A DNA stretch of 63,997 nucleotides, filler included, from an uncultured bacterium (GTDB taxonomy: Bacteria; CAYJOG01): assembly GCA_964371695.1 (NCBI GenBank). It is 11 parts of 11 records of this genome, joined end to end, with 100 filler letters (N's around TTAATTAATTAA, not from the genome) between each part and the next. Parts side by side here need not be neighbours in the genome. Positions count along the whole stretch, not along the records: positions 60,611 to 63,997 come from CAYJOG010000387.1; 10 more parts are not named here. One strand, given 5' to 3'. The notes under the pieces are model-generated. The model worked only from the letters and a program-made list of their open reading frames with translations, ran no database searches and was not told the DNA's origin. Positions 61,715 to 63,997 of the stretch are shown here, piece by piece (the stretch's first letter is position 1; every line of letters begins with the position of its first letter). Both the position numbers and the translations under genes were made by a program.

Positions 61715-62602
61715 TCAGGGTGAGGGCGAATCAGGTTTCCCCCCCAGCCGCCGGGTGAGAAATCTCACCAGGGGCCACGCCAGCAGGCCCAGGCCACGGG
61801 CGTAATGTTTTTGATAATAAAGCGCCATGGCGTTGTAAAAATGCTGGCGCACAAAGGCGGGCCGGGCCTCGCTGCATTTGCCCTTGTGGTGGGTGAGGCG
61901 CAGGCTGGGGGTGTACCACACCTCAAATTGCCCCGGTGTTGACGCAGCCCGGCGGCACAGGTCCAGGTCTTCTGCAAACAGAAAAAACCGTTCGTCAAAA
62001 CCGCCGATTTCTTCAAACAGTTTGCGGCGTATCAGTGTGGCGCTGCCGCTCACGGCATGCACCCGCTGGGGGGTGTTGCGGTCCAGGTGGCCCAGGTGAT
62101 AGGCCCCGAACAAGCGGGACCGGGGAAACCGCTTCGCCAGACCGGTGAGTTCACAGAAGCTGTTGAAAGGCGTGGGCTCGCCGCGGATGCAGGCGGCCTG
62201 AAAACTGCCGTCGCTGTTGAGGATTTCCGGCCCCAGCACGCCGGTGCGGGGATGTTCGCGCACAAAGGCCAGCAGGCCCTCAAACCAGCCCTGGCCCTCC
62301 AGCACGCAGTCGGGGTTCAGCAGAAACAGCCAGGGGGCGATGGCCTGTTTGGCCAGCAGGTTCATGGCTTTGCCAAAACCCAGGTTGCCGCCGGTTTGGA
62401 TGAACGTGGCGGGCACACCGGCGGCCTGGGCCAGGGTCAGGGAGTTGTCGTGGCTGTCGTTGTCGGCCACCAGGATTTCATGGGCCACCGGCGTGTCGCC
62501 GCCGGGAGGCGTCAGCGCCGGGGGAATGCTTTTCAGGCAGTCCGCCAGATAGGGGCCGCTGTTGTAGTTGACGATGAGGATGCTGAGTTGTGGCGAGGAC
62601 AT
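61715..62602 (-). CDS. Glycosyltransferase family 2 (WbbL-like)
   Basis: IVNYN, DNDSHD, NLGFG, LNPD, FDERFFLFAEDLDLC. Confidence 0.92.
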   Translation of the reverse strand: MSSPQLSILIVNYNSGPYLADCLKSIPPALTPPGGDTPVAHEILVADNDSHDNSLTLAQAAGVPATFIQTGGNLGFGKAMNLLAKQAIAPWLFLLNPDCVLEGQGWFEGLLAFVREHPRTGVLGPEILNSDGSFQAACIRGEPTPFNSFCELTGLAKRFPRSRLFGAYHLGHLDRNTPQRVHAVSGSATLIRRKLFEEIGGFDERFFLFAEDLDLCRRAASTPGQFEVWYTPSLRLTHHKGKCSEARPAFVRQHFYNAMALYYQKHYARGLGLLAWPLVRFLTRRLGGKPDSPSP

Positions 62603-62710
62603 GAATGCTTTTTTTTGTGGGTTGCCGTGGCTGGCGTTCGAGAAGATGTGATAGAGAAAATTTGAAGTGATGCTACCCCCTCTCCCTCAAGGGGCATAGC
62701 CGTTAACCCT

Positions 62711-62896
62711 AGAGCCTGTTTAAAAAGTAGGCCAATTGGAACATGGCCCGCTTTGAACAGGCTCTCGTGGACAGGGATGTCCACGCCCGAAAACCGGAGC
62801 TTTGAAAAAGCGCAGGTTTTCGGCCACGCCAAGGGGGCTTTGCCCCCGCCGGTGTTCGGGTTTAAAAGTCCACGACGGACTTTTAAAACAAACTCT
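62711..62896. mobile_element. Degenerate MITE-like element
   Basis: Imperfect 18-bp inverted ends (AGAGCCTGTTTAAAAAGT / ACTTTTAAAACAAACTCT, 15/18); a similar end near 47645-47658; no clean target duplication. Confidence 0.45.
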
Positions 62897-62972
62897 TACG
62901 GAGTGGCGGCGGGCCGAGCAAAGGCGATAGCAACACCGCGCCTACGCACTTCTTTTGAAAAGGGGCTTGCCC

Positions 62973-63997
62973 CTACGACTCAAAAAACGTGCGGTACTGA
63001 CGCCACAGGCTGGGGCTGCTCTTGAGCATGAACCACAGGTTGTGCCGGTTGCGGCGATAAAACGCCACGGCGTTGGTGAGCACAAAAGCAGCTGTGGGCA
63101 GCCCCATGCCCGGCAGGCGCGTGAGGTTCACAATCAGCGGCAGCAGGCGCGGAAACCGCACGGCCAGATTGAAATATTTTTGCAGTTTTTCAATGCGCGC
63201 CATGTCTTTCTGTTCCAGCAGGCTGGTTTTGAAGCTGTTCATGGGGGCGCTCTCCAGGCTGTCGGGGTCTACATAGCCGTTCTTCACGGCGTAGTCCGTC
63301 AGTTCCAGGTTCAGATAGGGCTGGAACAGAAAACCGATCACGCTGTTGCTTTTCAGGCGGATGTTGAAGCGCACGGTGTTGACGGCGTTTTCAAATGTTT
63401 CACCCGGAAAACCAAAAATGTTGGTGGTGTGAAAGGTGATGCCGTGTTTGCGCAGCAGGCTGGCGGCCCGTACAAAGTCGTCGTCTTTGGCCTTTTTGCG
63501 CAGCAGGGTGGCGCGGATGGTTTCGTCGCCCGTTTCCACGCCAAAGGTGGTGTGGTCGCAGCCGGCGTCCTTGAGCATTTTCACCATGTCGTCGTCCATC
63601 AGGTCGGCGCGCAACTGGCAAAAAAACGGCAGGCCCACCTCTTTTTTGTAGAGGGGCAAAAACGCCGCCAGATGGCCCTTGTTGATCATGAAGGTTTCAT
63701 CCTGAAAGTGAATGCGCTTGAGCGGCCAGCGTGCGCGCAGTTCCTGGATTTCGCCCACGACGTTTTCGGGAGACCGCCACTTGATGCGCAGGGTCTGGCC
63801 GTTGTCCCGGTAAGTCAGGCGCAGGCTTTCGTTCAGGCAAAAGCTGCACTTGAATGGACACCCCCGGCCCGTGAGCACCGGCTTGACGGGGTTGTCTCGC
63901 AGGTAGGGGTAGCGGTCGTAATAAAGCGCCCGGTCGGGATAGGGCAGTTCGTTCAGGTTGGGCACCTGGGGGCCGACCTGATTGCGCGCTACCGCGC
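62973..63997 (-). CDS. Radical SAM enzyme, probably B12-binding class (5' end outside the window)
   Basis: GRGCPFKCSFC, RSPENVVGEI, FQDETF, GVETG, GFPGET. Confidence 0.9.
   Translation of the reverse strand, partial: AVARNQVGPQVPNLNELPYPDRALYYDRYPYLRDNPVKPVLTGRGCPFKCSFCLNESLRLTYRDNGQTLRIKWRSPENVVGEIQELRARWPLKRIHFQDETFMINKGHLAAFLPLYKKEVGLPFFCQLRADLMDDDMVKMLKDAGCDHTTFGVETGDETIRATLLRKKAKDDDFVRAASLLRKHGITFHTTNIFGFPGETFENAVNTVRFNIRLKSNSVIGFLFQPYLNLELTDYAVKNGYVDPDSLESAPMNSFKTSLLEQKDMARIEKLQKYFNLAVRFPRLLPLIVNLTRLPGMGLPTAAFVLTNAVAFYRRNRHNLWFMLKSSPSLWRQYRTFFES

Overview
This window is not one contiguous locus. It is about eleven unrelated ~6 kb contigs from a high-GC diderm bacterium (it encodes TonB-dependent receptors, a LolA-like protein and a GT9), joined by 100-nt N/TTAATTAATTAA linkers, so gene neighbourhood only holds within a contig. 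Recognisable genes include acs, a thiolase, metF, dtd, an RlmD-like methyltransferase, SPFH/NfeD, PhoX, glycosyltransferases, a radical SAM enzyme and tRNA-Pro(TGG). Strongest candidates for new biology: (1) an AT-rich, translationally coupled HipA-like kinase + DUF3037-like pair; (2) a cytosolic TPR-kinase / FHA-cyclase / PP2C operon whose cyclase lacks two catalytic residues; (3) a HEPN-MNT toxin-antitoxin pair directly upstream of tRNA-Pro, which is followed by two perfect 140-bp repeats carrying both its 3' end and an antisense copy of its T-arm; (4) an intergenic REP-like element inserted in frame into a TonB receptor gene; (5) a >2000-aa surface protein, missed by the ORF track, with about nine 88-aa Cys-containing repeats; (6) a widespread leaderless-promoter signature. 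All family assignments come from motif recognition by eye; no database searches were run.
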